From contig CAXXFL010000001.1 in the NCBI GenBank assembly GCA_963674965.2, positions 576,001 through 640,000 of the forward strand: a DNA stretch of 64,000 nt, read 5' to 3'. A program made the translations under genes and the position numbers. This stretch comes from a bacterium. GTDB taxonomy: Bacteria; RBG-13-61-14; DATKZS01. The notes under the pieces are model-generated. The model had not been told where the DNA came from. It was given only the letters and a program-made list of their open reading frames with translations, and searched no databases. Positions 10,210 to 19,995 of this stretch are shown here, in pieces; the stretch's first letter is position 1, and each line of letters begins with the position of its first letter.

Positions 10210-11832
10210 TTACTCCCTGTCAGCGCTATCATGCCAGGGGGGTTTTTCGTAAGGTGGTGAATCGCCGCAATTGAGTTGGTACTCCTCTTTAGAGATTTTT
10301 AACGGCTTAGCGTACTTTTTATTATTGTTGTCAGAAGGACCGTAGTTCATATAGCGAGCTTCCGCTTCCTCGAGCCATTTCCCGGCCCGTTCGCATTGGC
10401 GCCGTGATGAGAAGAAATAGGACGCCCAGGCCGGAGAATAAAAGTCCCTTTTATCGATAGAAGTCACGGCAAGATAAAAGGACAACGCCGTCTCATTATC
10501 TCCATTCTTATAACTATTCGCGGCGACGCTTTTAAGCGGCCAGGTCTCACCGGTGAGGGAAGAAGTTAGTATAAGCCTTGTCTCTTCCGGATATCCGCCT
10601 AAATTCACGATGCGGTCACTCGTAGTACTTTTAACGACCACGAATACTGGATGAACTAAAAATAACGCCAAGAGGATCGCCAAATACTTTGCCGTTGGCG
10701 GTGGATCCGGCCTTGGATAATCGGGCTCGACGCCGGCCTCGATCATGCGGTCGTATGGATGGGGATGCGTTGTCCCTTTTCCATCCATCACGGCGGGAAG
10801 GAGCCGTTTGGCGTGCATCTTCTCGAGGGCCCGCGCAAAGTGGGCGTCCATGTCCGAAAGCTCCAAAGCCCTTGCGTCAGCTTTGCTCTCCATGCTTCTT
10901 GAAAACTTAAACACGAGCATATTCAACGCCAATAACGCGAGGGGTATGGCAAATCCCAAGGGGCCCATGACCTTTGCCCATGGTATAGGCAGCATCAGGA
11001 AAGGGATAGCCACCCGGAAGGCAAGGATTTTAAGGGGTTCCTCGAGATGTGCTATTTCATGGGCGCAGATTGCCTTTAGTTCCTCGTCCTCGAGAAGGTC
11101 GATGATCGAGTCGGTAAACGCGACCGCGTTCTTTAATGGAATGGCAAAGGCGTTGGGACTGGGAGACATAACCTCGAAAACAAAGGGAGGCTCATGGCCC
11201 ATCTCTTCGGACGTATCCTTCACGACGCGCGTTAGCCGAAGCCCAGCCGGACGGGCGAGACCAAAGAGGCAAAGGATTTTCACTTCATTGGTAAAAGTCA
11301 AAACGATCATTAACGCCGCCGCCACCAGGGTCATTATGACGGCGGTCGTGCCGGCCTCATCAGGGAAAGCGACCAGGAGAAGGAATATAATTATATAGTG
11401 TTTATAAATCAGAGCGAAAGAGGTCAGAAGTCCCTTCAGCCGGTATCCGAGAGGAGAAGAATCCAGACTCAAGCGTCGGCGGTAAAGCAACCAGACGACG
11501 AACACGACGCCATAGGAAATAAAGCCTCCCCAAAAGATAAACGAGAAACGAGACATGTCCACCAAGATGGTGGGAGGGGAATCTTCTTGTAACTCAAAAA
11601 TTATAACCAAAGGCAAAAAAACGCCCACTATAATAATGGCCGCCCGCGCCAAATGTAGGTGACGCGCCAGTTCGGTCCAATGCGAGTCCTGATTCTTTCT
11701 CACCGCCCTTGCAACGATTACCGAAAGGGGCCAGTACACGATTAACGTGTAGACCCCGACGATCGAGTAGGCGTATGTGACGCCCGCCCATCTTATCCAC
11801 GTGGGTAAGCCAAGCGCCTCAATGTATTCCAT
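10210..11832 (-). CDS. M48 (HtpX/Ste24-like) membrane metalloprotease with TPR-like tail
   Basis: PNAFA, HEIAH zinc motif, ESKADA, THPHPYDR; multiple TM segments. Confidence 0.85.
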   Translation of the reverse strand: MEYIEALGLPTWIRWAGVTYAYSIVGVYTLIVYWPLSVIVARAVRKNQDSHWTELARHLHLARAAIIIVGVFLPLVIIFELQEDSPPTILVDMSRFSFIFWGGFISYGVVFVVWLLYRRRLSLDSSPLGYRLKGLLTSFALIYKHYIIIFLLLVAFPDEAGTTAVIMTLVAAALMIVLTFTNEVKILCLFGLARPAGLRLTRVVKDTSEEMGHEPPFVFEVMSPSPNAFAIPLKNAVAFTDSIIDLLEDEELKAICAHEIAHLEEPLKILAFRVAIPFLMLPIPWAKVMGPLGFAIPLALLALNMLVFKFSRSMESKADARALELSDMDAHFARALEKMHAKRLLPAVMDGKGTTHPHPYDRMIEAGVEPDYPRPDPPPTAKYLAILLALFLVHPVFVVVKSTTSDRIVNLGGYPEETRLILTSSLTGETWPLKSVAANSYKNGDNETALSFYLAVTSIDKRDFYSPAWASYFFSSRRQCERAGKWLEEAEARYMNYGPSDNNNKKYAKPLKISKEEYQLNCGDSPPYEKPPWHDSADRE

Positions 11833-12075
11833 AGATTCACCTCTTTCGAATATCTTCGTAAATTAGGGCGTGAAATGCAAAATTGCGTAAACTAAATATT
11901 TATATCCACATGCTCAAAAACGCAAGGTTGCCTTATAAAAAGTATCTTGAACAAAAAGATAACTTTTTATGCATGTCTCTTTGCGAGGCCATTACTACCA
12001 ACTGGCGGGGGCGATTAAACCGTCATTTCATAATTCAAACCACACCGGGAAAACAACAAAAACCTGGCCGCCGGC

Positions 12076-12092
12076 GGGAACGAATATTGCTT
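12076..12092 (+). promoter_or_regulatory. Possible sigma54 promoter for the DsrC/TusE gene
   Basis: GG-AACGAATATT-GC (GG-N10-GC spacing, TTGCT -12 box) about 45 bp before the start. Confidence 0.4.
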
Positions 12093-12136
12093 ATTTTTAG
12101 CTGTAGTCATATGCATAGCGTGACTGAAAGGAGCCT

Positions 12137-12796
12137 GTGATGAAAACAGAATCGATTGGAGAAAGATTGTATGAGCTCGATTCCCAGGGCTTCCTGTTAA
12201 ACCATGAACAATGGGACGAAGATTTCGCCCGGGAGATGGCCGCCGGCGCGGGAATCAAAGGGGGTCTGACCGATGAGCATTGGGACGTCATTCATTTTAT
12301 AAGGGATTTTTTCGCAAAGGAGGGAAAATGTCCCTTGATTTACGAGGCTTGCCGGAGCAAGGGACTTGCCCTGCACGACCTTAAAAAACTCTTTCCTTCA
12401 GGATACTTAAGGGGCGCTTGCCGCCTGGCGGGAATTTCCTACCGGGAAGGATACGTGAAATACGCTTATCCGAGGGCGGCGTCGGAAAAAGCTCCAACCG
12501 CCAGGTTTGGAAAGGCCTATGAGGTTGATTCTCTTGGGTTTCTTAATGACGCGTCCGAGTGGGACGACCGTTTCGCCGTGCTCCAGGCCCATGAAATGAA
12601 AATCGAAGGCGGACTGACCGGGGAGCACTGGAAGCTGATCGGCTTTCTTCGAGATTATTATAATCGAAACCAGGTGGTCCCCACGGTCTATGAATTCTGC
12701 GAATCCAACCACTTGGAAATAGACGAACTGGAAAAGCTCTTCCCTGGCGGCTACCACCGCTGCGCGGTCAAAATGGCGGGCTTGAAAGCCAGGTAA
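12137..12796 (+). CDS. Tandem two-domain TusE/DsrC-like sulfur relay protein
   Basis: Two repeats of D..GFL....W....A..MA/LT.EHW..I.F.R.YY/LFP.GY...AG; GAAAGGAG RBS. Confidence 0.88.
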   Translation: MMKTESIGERLYELDSQGFLLNHEQWDEDFAREMAAGAGIKGGLTDEHWDVIHFIRDFFAKEGKCPLIYEACRSKGLALHDLKKLFPSGYLRGACRLAGISYREGYVKYAYPRAASEKAPTARFGKAYEVDSLGFLNDASEWDDRFAVLQAHEMKIEGGLTGEHWKLIGFLRDYYNRNQVVPTVYEFCESNHLEIDELEKLFPGGYHRCAVKMAGLKAR

Positions 12797-13001
12797 GCCT
12801 GAAGTTTAGTCTCAAGGGAATGTAAAAAAATCGTCATGGGCGCGCCCGAGGGGGACGGCCGGCCCGGACAATGAAAGAGCGTTTTCTTTACAAAGCGTAA
12901 AAAGATTTTACCGATCGATTCCCGTCTTGGGGCCCATGATCGCGTCTCGAAAGTTTTTCCGATTGCCCGCGCTAGTCTCACGTGATATTCTTAATCTGAA
13001 G

Positions 13002-13223
13002 ATGAACTCCGATGACCATGGCGCGAGAAAAATGGACAGGAAACGCGTCGCGAAATATAAATTATCGGAGCGGCGAGACGACGTTTACGTTCCCGGCGAC
13101 CCGGCCGAGAGGATAGGCCTCGTCTGGCCGCTGACGCGTGAGGCCGCGTCCATGAGCGAGAAGCACGATGTTGAACGAAGACTACAAAGACATGTTACTC
13201 GCCTTATCCGCAAGAAGAGCTGA
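13002..13223 (+). CDS. Small hypothetical protein coupled to the nucleotidyltransferase (start 13002 or 13031)
   Basis: Open frame PAERIGLVWPLTRE...RRLQRHVTRLIR overlapping the next gene. Confidence 0.6.
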   Translation: MNSDDHGARKMDRKRVAKYKLSERRDDVYVPGDPAERIGLVWPLTREAASMSEKHDVERRLQRHVTRLIRKKS

Positions 13224-13620
13224 ATTCCTTCTTATCGGGGCCTTCGCCATGGCCGCGCACGGCTATCTTCGGGCCACCTCGGACATGGATATATGGATAC
13301 TGCCTTCACCCGAGAACGCCGACGCCGTCTTGAAAGCAGTAAGCGACTTTGGCGCCCCGCTTGAGTCGCTTACCAAAGAAGACCTTATGGAAGAAGGGAC
13401 CGTCTTTCAAATCGGGGTCTCACCCCGAAGGATCGACGTCCTCACTTCGGCGTCCGGACTCGAATTTAAAAGGACCTATGAACGTTCCATTCCCGTTACC
13501 GTCGAGGGCATCGAGGTACGAGTCCCATCGATCGGCGACCTGATCACAAACAAAAAAGCCACCGGTTGGACCCGGGACCTTGCCGACGCGGAAGTATTGG
13601 AATCCCTTCAAAGGTCGTAA
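13168..13620 (+). CDS. Minimal nucleotidyltransferase-fold protein
   Basis: LIGAFAMAAHG.RATSDMD (G-G/A...DxD) and NKKATGW.RDLAD. Confidence 0.8.
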   Translation: MLNEDYKDMLLALSARRAEFLLIGAFAMAAHGYLRATSDMDIWILPSPENADAVLKAVSDFGAPLESLTKEDLMEEGTVFQIGVSPRRIDVLTSASGLEFKRTYERSIPVTVEGIEVRVPSIGDLITNKKATGWTRDLADAEVLESLQRS

Positions 13621-13659
13621 TGTCTTTTCTTTCCCGATAAAAGCTTTAGCTCCGGCGTA

Positions 13660-13867
13660 CGGCGCGGCTTCCAGGCTTTTATTGCGAGGGTCGTTCAAAG
13701 CGCCCCCTTGTATTTGCGGGCCAAATGGATTATTAAAATACGTTAATGCTTTTTCAGGGGATATAGTTTGGGGGGAAGATAATGAAGCGAACCTTGAAGG
13801 ACCTTTTGGCCGACAGGGCGGACAAACTTGGCGATAAGACCTTCCTGTTCTGGGAGGAGGAGGAAAT
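13660..13867 (+). repeat. Direct repeat copy 1: upstream region plus first 29 codons of the acyl-CoA ligase gene
   Basis: Matches 15338..15544 with about 11 differences by eye; ATG at 13782 (MKRTLKDLLADRADKLGDKTFLFWEEEEI), cut off at the TIR element. Confidence 0.95.
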
Positions 13868-13869
13868 TC

Positions 13870-13998
13870 AGATCTGGGGACAGTACACTTAATGATTGAA
13901 AATCATCTGGGTTCTCCGACGATGAATATTGATGGAATATTCATAAAGGCCCCCCTGGCCGGGAATTAAGGCAAGATAAGTATGCTGTCCCCAGATCT
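13870..13998. mobile_element. 129-bp MITE/REPIN-like element with 22-bp terminal inverted repeats
   Basis: AGATCTGGGGACAGTACACTTA...TAAGTATGCTGTCCCCAGATCT; internal hairpin ATGAATATT-N5-AATATTCAT; homologous to 52266..52392 and 52601..52727. Confidence 0.85.
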
Positions 13999-14023
13999 AA
14001 AGTATGCTGGCCCCAGATCTAAA

Positions 14024-14208
14024 GTAACCCACATAGCTCCGCTATGTGGGCGACCGAAGGGAGCAGGTCAGCGAGTATGGCTTTATTACGCGCCCCGCGA
14101 CCTTATTATTTCTAAGAATAACAGCGGGAGAAAGGTAGGCGCGCCCATTCTTAGTACCACGCGACCTGCTCGCTATGCTCGCCCACATAGCGGAGCTATG
14201 TGGGTTAC
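14024..14208. repeat. Inverted doublet of REP-like hairpins (GTAA-CCCACATAGC-TCC-GCTATGTGGG-CGA)
   Basis: 14024..14070 and 14161..14208 are near reverse complements; relatives at 40255 and 52888. Confidence 0.88.
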
Positions 14209-14275
14209 GCCGGAGGGCACGCCCCTGAGGGCAATGTGGGTTACCTGTTGCATAAGACCGAGGGGAGGAGGTCAT

Positions 14276-14971
14276 ATGAAATTTGAGATTGAACTACAGC
14301 ATAGAAATGTCCCCGATGAAGAGCTTATCGAAGACCTGCAAAAGGTGGCTCAAAGAACCGGCAGAAATACTGTGACAAGGGCCGAATACGCAAGGCTGGG
14401 CAAGTATCATCCCAACACACTGATTAGGCGATTTGGTTCGTGGTTCAAAGTATTAGAAATGGCTGGCCTTGAGGATAGCCGTTCGAGATTTAACATTAAC
14501 GACGAGGAGCTTTTCGATAATATCAAAGATGTTTGGATTTCTTTGGGAAGACAACCCAAGAGAGAGGAAATTAAAAGCTCACTCTCAAAGTATTCACCAT
14601 CGCCATATGAAAGAAGATTTGGATCTTGGACGAAAGCATTGAAGGCATTCATCGAGTACATAAATGATGAAAGTGCGGAGATGGCGCAGCAGGAGGATGA
14701 GCACGATTCGGAATCGGCTCATCAAGATTCTGAAAGAGTGCCCAAACGGAGGAGCAATCGCAACATATCCGAAAGACTTCGCTTCTCAATCTTGCTTCGA
14801 GACGGTTTCAGGTGTCAATCGTGCGGCAGCAGCCCGTTAAAGTCCGCGGGAGTAGAATTACATGTTGACCATATTATTCCTTGGTCAAAAGGAGGCGAGA
14901 CCGTCCCCGAGAACCTCCAAACCAAGTGCCAAAGATGCAATTTGGGCAAGGGCAACGCATTTGATAAATAG
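14276..14971 (+). CDS. HNH endonuclease with two N-terminal homing-endonuclease-associated repeats
   Basis: Two RRFGSW..L repeats; RDGFRCQSCG, LHVDHIIPWSKGG, NLQTKCQRCNLGK; GGAGGAGG RBS; AT-rich. Confidence 0.92.
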   Translation: MKFEIELQHRNVPDEELIEDLQKVAQRTGRNTVTRAEYARLGKYHPNTLIRRFGSWFKVLEMAGLEDSRSRFNINDEELFDNIKDVWISLGRQPKREEIKSSLSKYSPSPYERRFGSWTKALKAFIEYINDESAEMAQQEDEHDSESAHQDSERVPKRRSNRNISERLRFSILLRDGFRCQSCGSSPLKSAGVELHVDHIIPWSKGGETVPENLQTKCQRCNLGKGNAFDK

Positions 14972-15025
14972 GCCGGTAACCCGTCATTTGCTTGACTATA
15001 CGTAACCTAAGCGTAATGAGGGTCT

Positions 15026-15130
15026 GGCCGTTTCAACGGCCTTCCGAGCATGGCGAGTTCTAGGCCCGCGCTTCAGCGCGGGTTGACGGCCGCCCCGAAA
15101 TATTTTTCCGGGAGCGCGTTTCAACGCGCT
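15026..15130. repeat. Cluster of three short palindromes (REP-like)
   Basis: GGCCGTTTCAACGGCC, CCCGCGCTTCAGCGCGGG, AGCGCGTTTCAACGCGCT. Confidence 0.7.
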
Positions 15131-15169
15131 TCTCACGATAATGGATTTATCCGGGGAACGGAGCAAGGA

Positions 15170-15343
15170 GCGCCGCAGGGTGGCCCATCTATGAGCAAGC
15201 TTGTCAAGTCGGGTACGGGATTTATCACGGGTTAACTCAACCATCTATTCGGCGTCGCCCATTGACGCGCCATACTTTTTTTTCGAAACCCGGCCTCAGT
15301 CATGCGGACGGCGTCGCAATGCGCCAGGGCCACCCTGCGGCGC
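15170..15343. repeat. 17-bp perfect inverted repeat pair bracketing 174 bp
   Basis: GCGCCGCAGGGTGGCCC (15170..15186) and GGGCCACCCTGCGGCGC (15327..15343). Confidence 0.75.
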
Positions 15344-15544
15344 GGCTTCCCGGCTCCTATTGCGAGGGTCGTTCAAAGCGCCCCCTTGTATTTGCGGGCC
15401 AAATGGATTATTAAAATACGTTAATGCTTTTTCAGGGGATATGGTTAGGGGGAAGATAATGAAGCGAACCTTGAAGGCCCTTTTGGCCGACAGGGCGGAC
15501 AAACTTGGCGATAAGACCTTTTTATTCTGGGAGGATGAGGAAAT
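15338..15544 (+). repeat. Direct repeat copy 2 (upstream region and 5' end of the intact ligase gene)
   Basis: Matches 13660..13867. Confidence 0.95.
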
Positions 15545-16982
15545 ATCCTACGCCAAGCTTTATTCCGTCGCTCGCGCCATAGCCTCGAGTCTTTGTCTTC
15601 GCGGAATCGAAAAGAACGACAAGGTCTGCGTCTGGTCCTATAACCGGCCCGAATACGCCTATATAAACTTCGGCTGCGCCTTTGCGGGAGCGGTGCTGGT
15701 CCCCATCAACACGCAGTTCAAGGAAAAGGAAGCCGAGTACATCATCCGAAACAGCGAGGCCAAGGTCCTGGTAACGGAGCCTCGGTTCATGGGACTGGTC
15801 GAAAAAATCCGGCCCTACTGCCCCGGTCTCGAGCGGGTGATCGTCTTTGACGACTCTTTCCCCGACTGCGAGCGTTTCATGGACCTTTACAACCCCGAGG
15901 AAATGGTCGAGCGGGAAATCGAGGAAGACGACGTGGCCGGCATAATATATACCTCCGGTACCACGGGGCATCCCAAGGGGGTCGTCTTGACTCACTCGAA
16001 CTACGTGTTCAATTCCTGGGAGTTGACCGAGGCGGCCAAGATGAATGAGGACGACCGGTTCATGTGCATCCTCCCTCTGTTCCACGTGAACGGCCAGGTT
16101 GTCACCCTTTACGCTCCCATGTACGCGGGCGGCTCGATGGTGCTTCTTTCGCGCTTTTCGCCCAAGGACTTTCTTCCCAAGCTCGAGCGCTACAAGGCCA
16201 CGGCCTTTTCGGGCGTTCCCACCGTCTACGCCATCTTGAACAACCTGCCCGACGCGGAGGACTACAACCTTTCCCGGCTCCGGTTTTGCCTTTGCGGCGC
16301 GGCGCCCATGCCCGTCGAGGTTTTCGAGACCTTCGAGCGAAAATACCACGCCTACATCCTCGAGGGCTACGGCCTCTCGGAGGCAACCTGCGCCAGCTCC
16401 CTCAACCCGCTCGACGGGGCCCGCAAGATCGGGTCGATCGGACTGCCCATTTCCGGGCAGGAGATGAAGGTGGTCGACGACGAGGGCCTCGAGGTCCCGA
16501 CCGGGTCCATCGGCGAGATAGTGGTCAAGGGCGACAACGTCATGCGCGAGTACTACCGGGACGAGGCGGCCACGGCCGAGACCCTTCGCGACGGCTGGCT
16601 CCATACCGGCGACCTCGCCCGCCGGGACAAGGACGGCTACTTCTTCATCGTGGGCCGGAAAAAAGAGATGATCATCCGGGGCGGCGAGAACATCTACCCG
16701 CGCGAGATCGAGGACGTCCTTGCCACGCACCCTTCCGTGCGGGACGTGGCCGTGGTGGGCATCCCCGACAAGATTTGGGGAGAGGAAGTGGCGGCCTTCG
16801 TGGTCAACTCCGACGGGTCCACCATGAAGGAGACCGAGGTCATGGAGTACTGTAAGGACAAGCTGGCCAACTACAAGTGCCCCAGGATGGTCTTCTTCTG
16901 GGACTCCCTGCCCAAAACCGCCAACGGCAAAATCAGAAAAAACCTGATCGTCGACGAATACGTGAGCCAGAGGAAAGGATGA
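15459..16982 (+). CDS. Long-chain fatty acid--CoA ligase (AMP-binding family)
   Basis: YTSGTTGHPKG, EGYGLSE, GWLHTGD, PKTANGKI. Confidence 0.95.
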   Translation: MKRTLKALLADRADKLGDKTFLFWEDEEISYAKLYSVARAIASSLCLRGIEKNDKVCVWSYNRPEYAYINFGCAFAGAVLVPINTQFKEKEAEYIIRNSEAKVLVTEPRFMGLVEKIRPYCPGLERVIVFDDSFPDCERFMDLYNPEEMVEREIEEDDVAGIIYTSGTTGHPKGVVLTHSNYVFNSWELTEAAKMNEDDRFMCILPLFHVNGQVVTLYAPMYAGGSMVLLSRFSPKDFLPKLERYKATAFSGVPTVYAILNNLPDAEDYNLSRLRFCLCGAAPMPVEVFETFERKYHAYILEGYGLSEATCASSLNPLDGARKIGSIGLPISGQEMKVVDDEGLEVPTGSIGEIVVKGDNVMREYYRDEAATAETLRDGWLHTGDLARRDKDGYFFIVGRKKEMIIRGGENIYPREIEDVLATHPSVRDVAVVGIPDKIWGEEVAAFVVNSDGSTMKETEVMEYCKDKLANYKCPRMVFFWDSLPKTANGKIRKNLIVDEYVSQRKG

Positions 16983-17049
16983 CGACCTCCTTTCCAGGGG
17001 CGCGCCCATGCCGTTGGGCGCCGGCCCCCCTTGTGATAATCTGGACCGG

Positions 17050-19806
17050 ATGAGACCGACCGAACATACGAGCGTCTCCTTAAAAATCGACGGCGCCTAC
17101 CTGGCCGTCCTTCTCCTCTTGACCGCGGCCCTTTTCCTTCCCCAGCTTATCACGGGCCAAACCGCCGTGGACGACCCCGACAAGATGGACGTGACCATCC
17201 AATGGGCCCCCGGCCGGTATCCCATCGCCGAGGCCTATCGGGACGGCTACTTCCCCCTTTGGACGGAGGACCTTTTCATGGGCATGCCCTGGGTCGCCTA
17301 TACCCACGGCTCGACCATGGACCCCGTGCCCACCAGCTTTTTCGTTTTCCTCGACTATTTTGACGCCGCCACCATGGCCATGACGCTTCACTTCCTGATC
17401 ATGGCGGCGGGATGTTTTTTCATGCTCCGCCTGTTTCGAGTTTCCTCCCGCTCCGCTTTTTTGGGCGCTCTTGTATGGACCCACTCGGGCATGTGCTTTT
17501 ATCTTGTCAACCAGTTCTCGAACCCCTTCAGCGCGGCCTGGTTCCCCTGGATGATCGCCTCCTTAATCGCGCTTTACGACCGCCGCTGCATCGGGCGCTT
17601 CCTGGCCCTGGCGATTACCCTCTCCCTGGCCGTGCTGGGAGGGGACGTGGAGGCCGTGGTCTACGCCCTTATGCTGCTCGGGAGCCTGGCCGTTTTTTAC
17701 CTGCCCGCGCGGGGAGGAGGAAATATCGCTCGAACATCGGCCCTGGCGGTCCTCGCCCTGGGCTTGTGCTTTTTGGTCGTCCAGGCCCAGGCCGTGCCCG
17801 TGCTCGAGCTGACGAGACTATCCATACGGTCGCCCGAGTCGGCGGTGCAAGTTTCTTTCTCAGCCCAGGTAAAGGGCTGGCACGCCTTCATGCCCCAGCT
17901 TCTGGCGCCCTTTGCATATTACGGAAAAATCCGGTCCATGGCCGACTTCAACTCGGGCCTGACCCCTTTCTATATGGGGATTATTCCCATATTGCTCGCG
18001 GCCTACTCCCTGAAAAGAATCAGGGCCGACCGGGAAGTCAAGGCCCTGGCCGTTACCGGCGCGGCCCTTCTCGGCTACCTCTTCCTCATGAGTCTGGGTC
18101 CTCTCGAGCCCGTCACCTCGCGCCTTCCCCTCCTTTCCAAGCTGGCTTCCCGAGCCAGGATGATGCAGGAGGTGCAGCTCGTGATAGTCGTCCTCTTCGC
18201 CTTGGAACTGGACAAGATCGACTTTACAAAACTCGGCGCGCGCCTCGCCTGGGGCCTTATCGGCGTCGGCATCTTCACCGCCCTGGCGGCGCCCTTTTGC
18301 GTGGCCATACCGGCCCGGGCGGCCTTGGCAGCGGCGGCGTGTCTTTCCGGCGTCGCCATATTGTTCGGAGCGAAAAAGGGACTCGCGATAAAACACGGCG
18401 CCAATCTGATCGCGCTTTGCGTCATCCTGGACGTGACATTACTCGCGCTTTTCTGCGTTCCTCGAAACGACAAGGAAGACTTTAGGCTCGAGGAGGGCGC
18501 GGCTAAATACCTGAATAAGAACGCCAGGGAGGGCGACAGGTTCCTGGCTTTCAACAAGCTTCTGGGAGACGGCCCGAACCTTCCCGACCTCACCGGCGGC
18601 GCGCTGATGGAAACCTCGATCGAGTCTCCCGTCGGCTTCATGCGGCTACCCATGCACCGGTCCTTCGAGTTTCTCGCCCTGAGTAACCCCGGCATCCTGA
18701 AAAGCGACGCGGAAATTTTCCTGGGACAGGCCGGCGAGGACCGGACCATGGACATCTTCGCCATGACCAACCCCGACCTGATCGAGCCGCGCTACTTGAG
18801 GCTCATGAACCTCATCGGCGTACGTTATTACATCGTCCGAGACCTTGCCCTCAAGTTCTCGGACCGGGTACCCCTTTTATGTCCCAACGGGGTCCCGGGA
18901 AGCGATTGGACCGGCGGCGGCCGTTACCGGATCGAGATGAGGGGGGCCGGATCCTCGCGCCGCCTTGTAACCAGCCTGCCTTATAAAATGGATTTCCAGT
19001 CCTACGTCTTCCCGGGGGGCGAGCTGACTTTTACCGTACGACCTAAAAACCCCACGCGGGCTTCCTTGGACTTGTCGATCCATAACGCGGATGAAGGACC
19101 GTCCTGGAAGATGGAGAAGTCCTATGCGTTAACGGGCAGTGAGCTGAACGTGTCCATTCCCCTCGGCGATACGGGAAGACTGGTGAGTTTCGAGCTCAGC
19201 TTCATGGGAGACGGCGAGATTGAAATCTCGGACGCCACGATCGCGAGGCCGAACATGCCTCTCAAATTGATGGAAACCGGGGGCGTGGATATATACGTTA
19301 ACGACGACTCCATGCCCCGGGCCTATGTGGCTCATAAGGTAAGGGTCGCCCGAAACGAGGCCGCTCGGGCCTTTATTACCGACCCGGCCTCGGATTTGCG
19401 CGGGACCATCCTCCTCGAAAAGGAGGACGAGACCATCAAGCTGGTCAGGAAACTGGGCAAGGACTCCCCCCCGGCGAGGCGTATCGAAAAAGTCGAGTAC
19501 AAAAAAGGACACGACCGCGTCGAGCTTCACGCCCGCCTTTTATCGCCCGGCTACCTATTCCTGTCCGACGCCTACGCCCCGGGCTGGAGGGCCAGGGCAA
19601 ACGGCCTCGAGACGAAAATACTTCGCGCCGACCTCGCCTTCCGCTCCCTGTTCCTCCCCGAGGGCGACCACCGGATAGTAATGACCTACGAGCCCTATAG
19701 CTTCCGTATTGGACTAATGGCCACCCTGGCGTCCGTCCTGTTTCTTGTCCTGGCGGGTGGGTATGCGGCGGCAAGAAATCGTGGGCTAATATCGCGAGTT
19801 TCTTGA
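17050..19806 (+). CDS. YfhO family membrane protein (GT-C like)
   Basis: FPLW...FMGMP, many TMs, PRAY, LSDAYAPGWRA, GDHRIVMTYEP.SFRIG; start uncertain (17008-17050). Confidence 0.85.
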   Translation: MRPTEHTSVSLKIDGAYLAVLLLLTAALFLPQLITGQTAVDDPDKMDVTIQWAPGRYPIAEAYRDGYFPLWTEDLFMGMPWVAYTHGSTMDPVPTSFFVFLDYFDAATMAMTLHFLIMAAGCFFMLRLFRVSSRSAFLGALVWTHSGMCFYLVNQFSNPFSAAWFPWMIASLIALYDRRCIGRFLALAITLSLAVLGGDVEAVVYALMLLGSLAVFYLPARGGGNIARTSALAVLALGLCFLVVQAQAVPVLELTRLSIRSPESAVQVSFSAQVKGWHAFMPQLLAPFAYYGKIRSMADFNSGLTPFYMGIIPILLAAYSLKRIRADREVKALAVTGAALLGYLFLMSLGPLEPVTSRLPLLSKLASRARMMQEVQLVIVVLFALELDKIDFTKLGARLAWGLIGVGIFTALAAPFCVAIPARAALAAAACLSGVAILFGAKKGLAIKHGANLIALCVILDVTLLALFCVPRNDKEDFRLEEGAAKYLNKNAREGDRFLAFNKLLGDGPNLPDLTGGALMETSIESPVGFMRLPMHRSFEFLALSNPGILKSDAEIFLGQAGEDRTMDIFAMTNPDLIEPRYLRLMNLIGVRYYIVRDLALKFSDRVPLLCPNGVPGSDWTGGGRYRIEMRGAGSSRRLVTSLPYKMDFQSYVFPGGELTFTVRPKNPTRASLDLSIHNADEGPSWKMEKSYALTGSELNVSIPLGDTGRLVSFELSFMGDGEIEISDATIARPNMPLKLMETGGVDIYVNDDSMPRAYVAHKVRVARNEAARAFITDPASDLRGTILLEKEDETIKLVRKLGKDSPPARRIEKVEYKKGHDRVELHARLLSPGYLFLSDAYAPGWRARANGLETKILRADLAFRSLFLPEGDHRIVMTYEPYSFRIGLMATLASVLFLVLAGGYAAARNRGLISRVS

Positions 19807-19995
19807 AGGCTTCAAATTTTGGAGATTTCATCTTTTGATGATTTAATTTCAGCATGATTGGCTCGGAGGACTGAGGGCATGGGGAAAGGAAAGTATTCAT
19901 AAAGTGAGAAATAGCCGAAAGAACACGCGGGCGCCTCTACTGTATTTCCAGAGGCAACGTTACTGAAGAGCTATTTTATTAAAGATGAGAGTATC

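Noticed and set aside
14972-15130. Integron attC site after the HNH gene (also checked after the helicase)
   Set aside because: I could not find RYYYAAC...GTTRRRY boxes with attC-like pairing, and there is no intI.
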